DNA from: Octopus bimaculoides
Taxonomy: Eukaryota
Assembly: GCF_001194135.2 (NCBI RefSeq)
Contig: NC_068996.1
Span: 16,464,849 to 16,528,848, forward strand
Length of the DNA stretch: 64,000 nucleotides
Direction of reading: 5' to 3'
The translations under genes and the position numbers were made by a program. This document shows, in pieces, positions 24,413 through 36,870 of the stretch. How positions within the stretch are numbered: the stretch's first letter is position 1; the number at the start of each line of letters is the position of its first letter. The notes under the pieces are model-generated. The model was not told where the DNA came from. It did not search any database and saw only the letters and a list, made by a program, of their open reading frames with translations.

Positions 24413-24532
24413 TTGTTATCTATCTATATATCTATCTATCTATCTATCTTTCTCTCTCTCTCTCTCACTTGTTATTTATCTATCTATCTATCTTTCTCTT
24501 TCTTCCCCTCACTTTCCCTCACTTTATGTCTA

Positions 24533-24583
<51 letters not shown>

Positions 24584-24634
24584 NNNNNNNNNNNNNNNNN
24601 NNNNNNNNNNNNNNNNNNNNNNNNNNNNNNNNNN

Positions 24635-24694
<60 letters not shown>
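24300..24694. repeat. (CT)n/(TCTA)n compound microsatellite
   Basis: Directly visible; includes an N gap. Confidence 0.9.
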
Positions 24695-24700
<6 letters not shown>

Positions 24701-24777
24701 AGATAACTCTGATCTTATTGAATATATCTCCCTAGACTATCATATACTATCAACAGTGTTACCCATCCTATGACAAA

Positions 24778-25300
24778 CACGAGGTGCATTTCAGAAGTTT
24801 TGACACTATTTTTATGACTGTCGGAGACTATTGTAATTTTAGTATATCGTTTCAATACATCAAATAAGCTAACCTGCCAACTTTTGTTATTCCAGATTGA
24901 AGGGGACGGTTGCAAAAAGCAATTCGAACCCATTCTACTAAACACTGCTTGCCACAGACGACTAGTTTGCAGAAAGCAGTGGAGACGTTTGGAAGCGCTC
25001 TATGCAATTAAGTTTTGTATTAAACTGGGCAAAGATTCCACAGAAGCTTATGAAATGCTCCAGATTGCTTGTGCATTAACTTGTATGAAGCGAGCATGTT
25101 TTTCACTGGCACAAGAGATTCAAGGACGGCTAAGAGGGGATGAGGGACGATGAGAGGTGTTAGAGGTTGAGAAAATTTGCAATTTTCTGAATGAAAAGTG
25201 TTGTGTTTCTAAAGACAATAAGCATACAGTTTGGAAAGGCAATAAGCATACAGTTTGGAGCTGGTGTGGTAACTACATAGAATTACTCTTGAAGGGCGTA
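24778..25300 (+). mobile_element. Internally deleted mariner element
   Basis: Left end cacgaggtgcatttcagaagtt, right end aattactcttgaagggcgta. Translates YAIKFCIKLGKDSTEAYEMLQ (mariner HTH start). Confidence 0.75.
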
Positions 25301-26401
25301 ATTAAGTTGGACAAATTATTGCGTGATGGAAAAAATGAATGGGGAAGGCATATCAATGAAAAATTTGAATAAGAAAAATGAAAACAAACGCAAATAAGTT
25401 TGGTATAAATTTTCAACTTTTATTTCAGATTTGAAGTTCTTATTAAAAATAGCGGAGGTGGACATCGTAGTTCTGACATTCATGGAAGTATGGAGTGGTG
25501 AGTATATGAAGGTACGTTTGCAATGTATTATGTTGTAGCTTGGAGCATCTCTTGTATATAGTTGGATATATAATTTAATCATTCAATAACATTACCATAT
25601 TCAGTGGAATTTTTCATGTCTTTTCTAACTAACGAACCATTTATATTTGGGTGTGTTAATTTACCCGGATGTGTTAGTTTGAGCATTCACCCTCAAACAC
25701 ATTCATATCGTTGATCGAGTAGTTAACCAGGAGAAGGCCACAGAGATCCTACAATATATCCAGTATATCTTCGTGAATGGCTTGGCAGCAACTATATCTA
25801 CAAAGAGAGACATACTTGGAAGCAATTGCGGTTTACTGTTTATATTCCTTGGAGGCTCATTACGAAACCAGTGTCTGGTAAAGGATGTTGGATATCCTTG
25901 AGCACATAAAAAAGGACAAGCAACACAAACGCCTCGTCAGTTAGAAAACAGGTGGCAAATTCTGCAAGCCCAACATAACGGTCATCATCGAAGCTACAGA
26001 AGGAAATATCGAATAACTGAGAATGAATAAAGCTATCTTAACTAAATAATTGAAGCACACCATTTACATCAGAAAACAAGTGCTCAATGTTAACTGGCTA
26101 GTTAAGCACTGCCAAACGACACATGTCCCATATTGTAAGCACCACATCTCTGCAAAGATGGGGATTCCATTCACACAACTCTACTTTTGCTAAGGGGTCC
26201 TAATACCCGAAATTTTGAAATATTAGATTTCAACATGGAACATTATGTTCCATGTTTTCACACTTAAATCCAACTGGAAATGTAGTAAAAATTTTAATAC
26301 ATCGATACAGGCGTGAAGAACACATGCACACTACAGGTACACACACATCTATGCATGTGTGTGGGCGTGCTTGTGTATGTGAGTATATACATATGTGTAT
26401 A

Positions 26402-26516
26402 GTTCTGGGTTCAGTCCCACTACGTGGCACCTTGGACATGTGTATTCTACTATAGGCTTTGCCTACACAAAGCCTTGTGAATGGATTTGGTAGATGAAAA
26501 CTGAAAGCTGCCCGTC

Positions 26517-26560
<44 letters not shown>

Positions 26561-27017
26561 NNNNNNNNNNNNNNNNNNNNNNNNNNNNNNNNNNNNNNNN
26601 NNNNNNNNNNNNNNNNNNNNNNNNNNNNNNNNNNNNNNNNNNNNNNNNNNNNNNNNNNNNNNNNNNNNNNNNNNNNNNNNNNNNNNNNNNNNNNNNNNNN
26701 NNNNNNNNNNNNNNNNNNNNNNNNNNNNNNNNNNNNNNNNNNNNNNNNNNNNNNNNNNNNNNNNNNNNNNNNNNNNNNNNNNNNNNNNNNNNNNNNNNNN
26801 NNNNNNNNNNNNNNNNNNNNNNNNNNNNNNNNNNNNNNNNNNNNNNNNNNNNNNNNNNNNNNNNNNNNNNNNNNNNNNNNNNNNNNNNNNNNNNNNNNNN
26901 NNNNNNNNNNNNNTAGACTCACAAAAAATAGGTCCTAGAGTCTATTTCTTCGACTAAAATCCTTAAAGGCGGTACTCCAACATGGCTGCAGTTAAGTGAC
27001 TGAAACAAGTAAAAGAA
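26402..27017 (+). mobile_element. SINE family A spanning an N gap
   Basis: 5' half at 26402-26518 and tail at 26914-27017. Confidence 0.8.
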
Positions 27018-27022
27018 GATAC

Positions 27023-27124
<102 letters not shown>

Positions 27125-27311
27125 GAGTTACATAGGTGTACATATACGGTGTGTGTATTTGTGTGTGTGCGTGAGCATGCATGCCTTCAGGTAATGTGTA
27201 CCCAGTTTTCAAACATCGATACAGGCGTCTACCCAAGTTTTACTTATGGCGTTTTGGCTGAGTTGTGATTATAGTAAAAAAGAGTAGTCCGAGGTGCCAT
27301 TAATTAATCAC

Positions 27312-27804
27312 GAATTAGGATCCATATGATTGGGGAGTGAACTTTTTTAACCGCATGGCCATCGATATGTCCAATGCAGTATTTCATTTACAAACAAAAC
27401 TCTAATAAATGAAAATATAAAGAAAATCTTAATCAATTGTCCTGTAAGAATACGACTATAAACATCCAAAATAAAATGTTTTAAACACAAATAGATAAAT
27501 AAAAATAAAATAACGCCCCTATTGAATGTTTAATATTTTAAAAGCGACTACCTTCAGCTGTATTTCATTTGTAACACAATTAAATTTAGTTTTTATTTTC
27601 TTTTTTCATGATTGTATAACGACGGCGTGGCTTGGCTCTAATCACTTAAATGGTTTGGGGATTTCATTTTTTCACTACTGTTATAGAATATGTAGTAATG
27701 TGTGGCTTGGTGGTTTAATCACTTAAAAGTGTTTCTTTTAGTTGTTCCTATTTATTCAAAGAAATCATCAATGAAACATGCTGACAATAGGAAANNNNNN
27801 NNNN

Positions 27805-27843
<39 letters not shown>

Positions 27844-29158
27844 CGCGTGTTTGTTCCTTCACTATCGCTTGAAAACCGATGCTGGTGTATTTATGTCGCC
27901 GTAACTTAGCTGTATGGCAGAATAAACCGATAGAATAAATACTAGACTCACAAAAAATAGGTCCTAGAGTCGATTTCTTCGACTAAAATCCTTAAAGGCG
28001 GTACTCCAACATGGCTGCAGTTAAGTGACTGAAACAAGTAAAAGAAGATACATATTTTATATATATATANNNNNNNNNNNNNNNNNNNNNNNNNNNNNNN
28101 NNNNNNNNNNNNNNNNNNNNNNNNNNNNNNNNNNNNNNNNNNNNNNNNNNNNNNNNNNNNNNNNNNNNNNNNNNNNNNNNNNNNNNNNNNNNNNNNNNNN
28201 NNNNNNNNNNNNNNNNNNNNNNNNNNNNNNNNNNNNNNNNNNNNNNNNNNNNNNNNNNNNNNNNNNNNNNNNNNNNNNNNNNNNNNNNNNNNNNNNNNNN
28301 NNNNNNNNNNNNNNNNNNNNNNNNNNNNNNNNNNNNNNNNNNNNNNNNNNNNNNNNNNNNNNNNNNNNNNNNNNNNNNNNNNNNNNNNNNNNNNNNNNNN
28401 NNNNNNNNNNNNNNNNNNNNNNNNNNNNNNNNNNNNNNNNNNNNNNNNNNNNNNNNNNNNNNNNNNNNNNNNNNNNNNNNNNNNNNNNNNNNNNNNNNNN
28501 NNNNNNNNNNNNNNNNNNNNNNNNNNNNNNNNNNNNNNNNNNNNNNNNNNNNNNNNNNNNNNNNNNNNNNNNNNNNNNNNNNNNNNNNNNNNNNNNNNNN
28601 NNNNNNNNNNNNNNNNNNNNNNNNNNNNNNNNNNNNNNNNNNNNNNNNNNNNNNNNNNNNNNNNNNNNNNNNNNNNNNNNNNNNNNNNNNNNNNNNNNNN
28701 NNNNNNNNNNNNNNNNNNNNNNNNNNNNNNNNNNNNNNNNNNNNNNNNNNNNNNNNNNNNNNNNNNNNNNNNNNNNNNNNNNNNNNNNNNNNNNNNNNNN
28801 NNNNNNNNNNNNNNNNNNNNNNNNNNNNNNNNNNNNNNNNNNNNNNNNNNNNNNNNNNNNNNNNNNNNNNNNNNNNNNNNNNNNNNNNNNNNNNNNNNNN
28901 NNNNNNNNNNNNNNNNNNNNNNNNNNNNNNACATGCTGACAATAGGAAAAAGAAACAATGAATAGTGCCACCATTTTTGAGTGTAAGATACTATGGTAAT
29001 TTATACGGGCGAATTCTTGACTTCTTAATCTCACAGAATTGCCTGATATTGTTTTAGATGTTAAATGCTGCAATTGTATTGAAGTCGTAAATTTCATTTT
29101 TCCAGTTCGAGAAAATATATTTTTGATGTGTTTTGTAGCAATAATAATTAAAATAATT
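27312..29158 (+). repeat. Copy A of a ~690-bp inverted duplication (27312-27794 joined to 28931-29158)
   Basis: Reverse complement of 35602-36323 with only scattered substitutions. The two halves overlap by ACATGCTGACAATAGGAAA. Confidence 0.9.
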
Positions 29159-29159
29159 G

Positions 29160-29345
29160 CTCCCGATTCAGGCACAAGGCCAGCACACTTAAGTGGGGGA
29201 TGTAGACGATACCATCGACACTACTACTTAATTAGTAGCATCTTTTATTGAGAGATGTTAGCCTAAGTTGACCTCGGCAGGATCTGACCTCAGAAAGTGA
29301 AGACCTCAACGAAATACAGCAAACCATTTTACCAATTCACCGCCT
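29160..29345 (-). mobile_element. SINE family B, old copy
   Basis: caggcacaaggccagc..gttgacctcggcaggatctgacctcagaa. Confidence 0.65.
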
Positions 29346-29529
29346 TGACAGCAACAATAAAAACTACCTCAAATTTTGACACAAGGTCAACATTTCTAAG
29401 TAGAGGTGGTAAGTCTATTACATCGACTCCAGTGTTCTACTGTTATTTTATTTTAACGACATCGAAAGAATGAAAGGCAAAATACACCCCTGTGGCATGC
29501 TCCTCAGGCCGCCCCTTGAGTCCACCTCT

Positions 29530-29680
29530 GATAGCGTATAACAGAGATCACTCAATTTTACATAGGACACCATTCCAAGGCAGGGTTGCTCAAAAACACA
29601 ACGCACTGTCCGGTCCAGGAATGGAAACCACGAGCTTCCGATCGTGAGTGCAATACCTTAACCACTAAGCCACGCGCCTT
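29530..29680 (-). mobile_element. SINE family C 5' half (tRNA-like head)
   Basis: Reverse complement reads gaaggcgcgtggcttagtggttaagg..gtggtttccattcc; same head as 45760-46072. Confidence 0.75.
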
Positions 29681-30279
29681 CAAGTGTATTATCTGGAATG
29701 CCAAAATCTGCCTCCTTTCCTAAAAAAAAACAAAAAGTACAGGTGTTAATATATATAGACAAGTAAAGTTTTGAAGATAGTGCTCTAACATGGCCGTTAT
29801 CCAATAACAGAAACCAGTAAAAGAATATAAAAATCACGAAGAAATCGTTGATTTAAACCAAATTTATATCAATCACCTTTGGTAAAATATATTTAGTAAA
29901 GAAAATATCAGGAAATGCAACTAATACCTTGATTAATCAAATTCTACATAGATTAAACAGTAAGAACTAAAGGAAAATACCTAGTACACGATCTGACTGA
30001 AAAGCAAATTGTGAAATCGGAGCTAATATGCTTAATGTAATAAGCTAAGAAATTTTAATTAAGAATAAATTCATTAGCTTAATAATCAGCTCTGTTCCAG
30101 AAAGGCAGGTGACTCAACTCCCAAATTTCAATTAATTTAGATTAATTAAAAATAACATGTGGGCAATGCCGTCGCTTATTTTTATTTGCTTTTTTTTTAT
30201 TTATGAAAACCCATTAAAGCTGCAAGTTTTTAGCACTCAAAAAACTTTACCCGCATAATTTATGAAAATTAAAAGCAAG

Positions 30280-30327
<48 letters not shown>

Positions 30328-31487
30328 ACATACACACTTACAAAGACACACGTGCACACACACACACACGCACATACATACATAGAAGACACGCTTTTTG
30401 TTTTATTTTACATCTTTCAACAATATTTGTTATACTTCTTTAAGTGTCTAGTATCCAAAAGGAAAAAAAAAGAATAAAAATATAACAATGAGAAAACCCA
30501 AACTGCAATGGAGAAGAGAAGGGAAGACTGAGATATCAAGTTAGCTAACTCAACACAACTCCATCGCCATGCCTCCTACTTTCAACGAAATACAATATTG
30601 TTTATTTAGAGAACTGAATGATAAATGCGTCGTATATTTAATGAGACAATTTAATTAACTAAATAAAATTGTTTTATTATTGCTGATAGATTGAATGTAG
30701 GCGTGGTCATATGGTTAACAGAAAACAATTTATTTCGTTACCATGCTGCTATGGGTTCGATCCTACGGCACCCAAATCATCAAATGATATGGCAGAGATC
30801 ATGAGAATCGAGCGAATTAAATGGTATTGTTAAACCTGGTTCTTTGAAATCTGAGTTCTAAACTCACTGAGGTCATCCTCCTGCAGTCAACAAAATATGG
30901 TAATAGGCTGGTAGAATTGTTAGAGCATCATACAGTTTGTTTTGTGGTGCTGTTTCTAGTTGTAGTGTTCTAAGTTCAAACCCGGTTGTATTCTACTTGG
31001 ATTAATTCTCCGGTGTTGCACTGGTCGACTAACACTCTAGAATAAGACTAGCAATTGGTTAACTTCAGAAGAATCCACTCTGCAGCAAACATACGGCCAC
31101 TGCTCAAAACATTAGAGATGAAACTGAAANNNNNNNNNNNNNNNNNNNNNNNNNNNNNNNNNNNNNNNNNNNNNNNNNNNNNNNNNNNNNNNNNNNNNNN
31201 NNNNNNNNNNNNNNNNNNNNNNNNNNNNNTAAATAAGGAGAAAGATAGACTAGTAGGCAGATGGGAATATACATAGATCACTGAATGGATATATACACAG
31301 ACAGTCAAACAGACTGACTAAGAGACAGACAATTATGTGTAGATAGAGCGATAGATAGGGTACTATGATTGATACATTAATAGATTGGCAGGCAAATAGG
31401 CATATACACTAAAATTTAAGCAACTATGTGTGCACGTGTGTACGTGTGTAGACGTGTGTACGTGTGTAGACGTGTGTACGTGTATGT

Positions 31488-31538
<51 letters not shown>

Positions 31539-32264
31539 NNNNNNNNNNNNNNNNNNNNNNNNNNNNNNNNNNNNNNNNNNNNNNNNNNNNNNNNNNNNNN
31601 NNNNNNNNNNNNNNNNNNNNNNNNNNNNNNNNNNNNNNNNNNNNNNNNNNNNNNNNNNNNNNNNNNNNNNNNNNNNNNNNNNNNNNNNNNNNNNNNNNNN
31701 NNNNNNNNNNNNNNNNNNNNNNNNNNNNNNNNNNNNNNNNNNNNNNNNNNNNNNNNNNNNNNNNNNNNNNNNNNNNNNNNNNNNNNNNNNNNNNNNNNNN
31801 NNNNNNNNNNNNNNNNNNNNNNNNNNNNNNNNNNNNNNNNNNNNNNNNNNNNNNNNNNNNNNNNNNNNNNNNNNNNNNNNNNNNNNNNNNNNNNNNNNNN
31901 NNNNNNNNNNNNNNNNNNNNNNNNNNNNNNNNNNNNNNNNNNNNNNNNNNNNNNNNNNNNNNNNNNNNNNNNNNNNNNNNNNNNNNNNNNNNNNNNNNNN
32001 NNNNNNNNNNNNNNNNNNNNNNNNNNNNNNNNNNNNNNNNNNNNNNNNNNNNNNNNNNNNNNNNNNNNNNNNNNNNNNNNNNNNNNNNNTCTGTGATCTA
32101 TTTCTAGCACATTAAATATCCACCTTAGTGGTCAACGTTATATATAAAAATATACTTTAATCCCCTGAGATCGCAGATATTATTTCTGAATCTCTCTGAT
32201 TCTTTAAATGTGCTAGCTTCCTGGTAATTAATCGATATTAATTAATATATGATTTTTTACCCTA

Positions 32265-32305
<41 letters not shown>

Positions 32306-32328
32306 CAATGTTAATTCTCTAAATGAAG

Positions 32329-32403
<75 letters not shown>

Positions 32404-34222
32404 CATTCATACATCTTTTTATATATATACATATATATTTATGTATATATTTATAGTTATATATATATATACATATATATATAAATATATATGCATAGGA
32501 GTGACAACCGGTCGCTTGACAACCGGTGTTGGTGTGTCTAGGTCCCCGTAACTTTGCAGGATAGAGTCCGATAGAATAAGTACCATTTAGTCGATGCCAT
32601 GAAATCCAGCACTTGAGCGGTACTTTATGTTACCGACCCAGAAATGAAGGAAGTACAGCTGGCATCAGTGATATTTAAATACAGATTGTATGGTGCTGGA
32701 ATACGCAACTGCGTGGCATTTTCTTCAGTGCTCCGATTCTGCCTGTTTATTTTTACTAATATATAAAATAAAATATATAAAATATATAAAATATATAAAA
32801 TAAAACCAGAATATAAACTTACACTCACATTTACACACACACAGTCACACACACACACACACAAATGCTCGCGCACACGCTGGAATGCATACATAATATC
32901 TATAAAAAAGAATTTGGCAATCCTTCGGACGTCAATCCCCCTCTTTCTCAACCTAGCCTCTTATGTCACCTGTGTAGGTGGATGAAGTCGTTTACAAATA
33001 CCGAAGGGTTGGCCATAATATATAATAAAATCTTGTAAATAATATATAATATATATATTTAATTTATAAATATAGACACGCGTACCTCTGTGTATGTGCA
33101 TACGATATTCTCATATAATCACATACGTAAGTTAATATGGATAATATATGTGTGGTTGTGTGTGTGTGTGNNNNNNNNNNNNNNNNNNNNNNNNNNNNNN
33201 NNNNNNNNNNNNNNNNNNNNNNNNNNNNNNNNNNNNNNNNNNNNNNNNNNNNNNNNNNNNNNNNNNNNNNNNNNNNNNNNNNNNNNNNNNNNNNNNNNNN
33301 NNNNNNNNNNNNNNNNNNNNNNNNNNNNNNNNNNNNNNNNNNNNNNNNNNNNNNNNNNNNNNNNNNNNNNNNNNNNNNNNNNNNNNNNNNNNNNNNNNNN
33401 NNNNNNNNNNNNNNNNNNNNNNNNNNNNNNNNNNNNNNNNNNNNNNNNNNNNNNNNNNNNNNNNNNNNNNNNNNNNNNNNNNNNNNNNNNNNNNNNNNNN
33501 NNNNNNNNNNNNNNNNNNNNNNNNNNNNNNNNNNNNNNNNNNNNNNNNNNNNNNNNNNNNNNNNNNNNNNNNNNNNNNNNNNNNNNNNNNNNNNNNNNNN
33601 NNNNNNNNNNNNNNNNNNNNNNNNNNNNNNNNNNNNNNNNNNNNNNNNNNNNNNNNNNNNNNNNNNNNNNNNNNNNNNNNNNNNNNNNNNNNNNNNNNNN
33701 NNNNNNNNNNNNNNNNNNNNNNNNNNNNNNNNNNNNNNNNNNNNNNNNNNNNNNNNNNNNNNNNNNNNNNNNNNNNNNNNNNNNNNNNNNNNNNNNNNNN
33801 NNNNNNNNNNNNNNNNNNNNNNNNNNNNNNNNNNNNNNNNNNNNNNNNNNNNNNNNNNNNNNNNNNNNNNNNNNNNNNNNNNNNNNNNNNNNNNNNNNNN
33901 NNNNNNNNNNNNNNNNNNNNNNNNNNNNNNNNNNNNNNNNNNNNNNNNNNNNNNNNNNNNNNNNNNNNNNNNNNNNNNNNNNNNNNNNNNNNNNNNNNNN
34001 NNNNNNNNNNNNNNNNNNNNNNNNNNNNNNNNNNNNNNNNNNNNNNNNNNNNNNNNNNNNNNNNNNNNNNNNNNNNNNNNNNNNNATATATATAAAAAGT
34101 AAATACAATCAGAAAAGAAATAGAATAAAGATGAATCGACACGTACTGGAACATGAACAAGATGAAAAAGAATAATAATGTAATATATGTCATACTTTTG
34201 TATGTGTGACTTTTGACCCATC

Positions 34223-34257
<35 letters not shown>

Positions 34258-34260
34258 TGC

Positions 34261-34291
<31 letters not shown>

Positions 34292-35259
34292 GTGTGTATG
34301 TGTGTGTGTGTTGAAACAGATATTGCTATTTTTCAGGCTGTCACTGTTTTTGTTGCCAAATAATAACACTTGTTTATTATTCTTCGTATTTTATGTCTAC
34401 TGTTGTGAAATCTTTCGTCATACACCTGTGACATCTTCAGCGATTTTCCATCCCATGTATCCCTTCCTGTCCTTTAGCAATAAAAAAATGATCATACCGA
34501 AATATTACATGTGCGTGTGTGTATGTTATATGTGTTTTTGTATGTATGTATCTACATATATAAATATCAATGTACAAATACGCACACACACATATTATGT
34601 GTGTGTGTGTGTGTGTGGTAGTACGCATACATATATGTGTGATTGTGTGCGCTTGCGCACAATCACACATATATGTATGCGTACAGGTATACATTGTTCC
34701 TTGGCTAGTACATCCCAAAATTAAAGTTTCCGACGTCCAATTTATACTCTGAAATTATTGTTCCCATTCCGAGTCTAAAGCAACAAATCATTTCCCATTT
34801 AGTTTCCTGTGGGAATCTCAATGCACAATGTTGGCATGTGAGCGTCTTAATCATATTTCTACACCTGAAACCTAGATATGTCAGGTTTGTTTGACGTATT
34901 GATTTTAAAATTTCCCGGCGGTCATTTTGTCGAAGCTCGACGTTAAAATGCAGTGCGAGTTAAACACTGAATCAATTGTACAGACAAATGCACACCTCTA
35001 ATATACTAGATTGTTGCCTGTATGAAGAACTATTAAAAACCGTGAACTGGTAGAATCGTTGAAGCGTAACAGAAAATACCAAATGTTATTTCTGCCAGTT
35101 CATTACGCTCTGAGTTCAAATCACGCCTAGGAAATTTGAACTATTCTTCGAGTTCGATATAAAGTACAAATCAAGTACTGAAGCCAATAGGATTGACAAA
35201 ACCAATCTTCCCAAAATTTCTGACCGTGTGCCAAAATTTGAAGCCGTTGTTCTTATTAG

Positions 35260-35440
35260 CAGCAAGCTGTCAGGATCGTTGGACCGCCGGAGAAAATTGT
35301 TTGCACCAAGGTCGACTTTGCCTTTCATCCTTTCAGGGTTGATAAAATAAGTAGCAGTTGAGTACTGGGGTCTATGTATTCCACAATCCTACTTTTCTCA
35401 AAATTTCAGGCCTTGTGCTTATTTTAGAAAGTATTATTTA
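35260..35440 (+). mobile_element. SINE family B
   Basis: aaggtcgactttgcctttcatcctttcagggttgataaaataagtagcagttgagtactgggg. Confidence 0.8.
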
Positions 35441-35459
35441 TTCTGGTCCCTTAACTTCT

Positions 35460-35601
35460 GTGTTTATATCCTGCCGAGTTCAAATGAAAACTTTCATCTT
35501 TCTGAGATTGATACAATAAAACACCACTCAATGTACTGGTTCAATGTTGTAGACTAAAGTTCTCCCCTCAGAGGTACTGGCCTTGTGTCTGGATTGGAAG
35601 A
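35460..35601 (+). mobile_element. SINE family B, old copy abutting duplication copy B
   Basis: ctttcatctttctgagattgatacaataaaacacc..ggccttgtgtctgg. Confidence 0.6.
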
Positions 35602-36323
35602 AATTATTTTAATTATTATTGCTACAAAATACAACAAAATATATTTTCCCGAACTGGAAAAATGAAATTTACGACTTCAATACAATTTCAGCATTTAACA
35701 TCTAAAACAATATCAGGCAATTCTGTGAGATTAAGAAGTCAAGAATTCGCCCGTATAAATTACCATAGTATCTTACACTCAAAAATGGTGGCACTATTCA
35801 TTGTTTCTTTTTCCTATTGTCAGCATGTTTCATTGATGATTTCTTTGAATAAATAGGAACAACTAAAAGAAACACTTTTAAGTGATTAAACCACCAAGCC
35901 ACACATTACTACATATTCTATAACAGTAGTGAAAAAATGAAATCCCCAAACCATTTAAGTGATTAGNNNNNNNNNNNNNNNNNNNNNNNNNNNNNNNNNN
36001 NNNNNNNNNNNNNNNNNNNNNNNNNNNNNNNNNNNNNNNNNNNNNNNNNNNNNNNNNNNNNNNNNNNNNNNNNNNNNNNNNNNNNNNNNNNNNNNAAAAT
36101 ATTAAACATTCAATAGGGGCGTTATTTTATTTTTATTTATCTATTTGTGTTTAAAACATTTTATTTTGGATGTTTATAGTCGTATTCTTACAGGACAATT
36201 GATTTAGATTTTCTTTATATTTTCATTTATTAGAGTTTTGTTTGTAAATGAAATACTGCATTGGACATATCGATGGCCATGCGGTTAAAGAAGTTCACTC
36301 CCCAATCATATGGATCCTAATTC
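35602..36323 (-). repeat. Copy B of the ~690-bp inverted duplication
   Basis: Reverse complement of 27312-27794 plus 28931-29158; contains a 129-N gap. Confidence 0.9.
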
Positions 36324-36520
36324 TCAACCAATTAGTATCAAGTGGGATAGATATCTGCGCTTGCAGGAATACACACACATATACACACACACGCACACAC
36401 ACATACATACACATATACATATATGTATGCATATTATACGTGCGTACATATCAAATATATGTATACATACATACACACACAGACATATATATACATATAT
36501 ATATATATATATAACTACGT

Positions 36521-36866
36521 CACACGATTCCGTCCTGGCTCAGTCCCTCTTCGTAACAGCTTGGGCAAGTGTTTACCACTATAGCCTCGGGTAAATGAAA
36601 ACTGAAAGAAGCCCGCCACATCTGTACGTGTATGTGTATAATATATATGTACATATGTATATATCTATGTGTTGGCGTCTTTGTGTTTGTCCCCTACCAT
36701 CGCAAGACAACTGTTGCAGGTTTCTTTATATTCTTGTAACTCAATGTTATGCCATTAGAGATCTATAGAATAAGTAACAATTTTGACAAAAATATGGTCG
36801 ATTCTTTCAAATATAAACTCTTTAAGGCGGGTGTCCCACCACAGTTGCAATCCATTAAGTGAAAAA
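36521..36866 (+). mobile_element. SINE family A, diverged
   Basis: cttgggcaagtg..ctatagcctcggg..aactgaaagaagcccg..tagaataagta..aaggcgg. Confidence 0.7.
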
Positions 36867-36870
36867 AACA

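Noticed and set aside
27805-28069. SINE apparently inserted with a 19-bp TSD (ACATGCTGACAATAGGAAA)
   Set aside because: Its 3' part is nearly identical (one mismatch seen) to 26914-27040, and it fits the gap at 26561-26913. It is most likely a misplaced contig, and the 'TSD' is a contig overlap.
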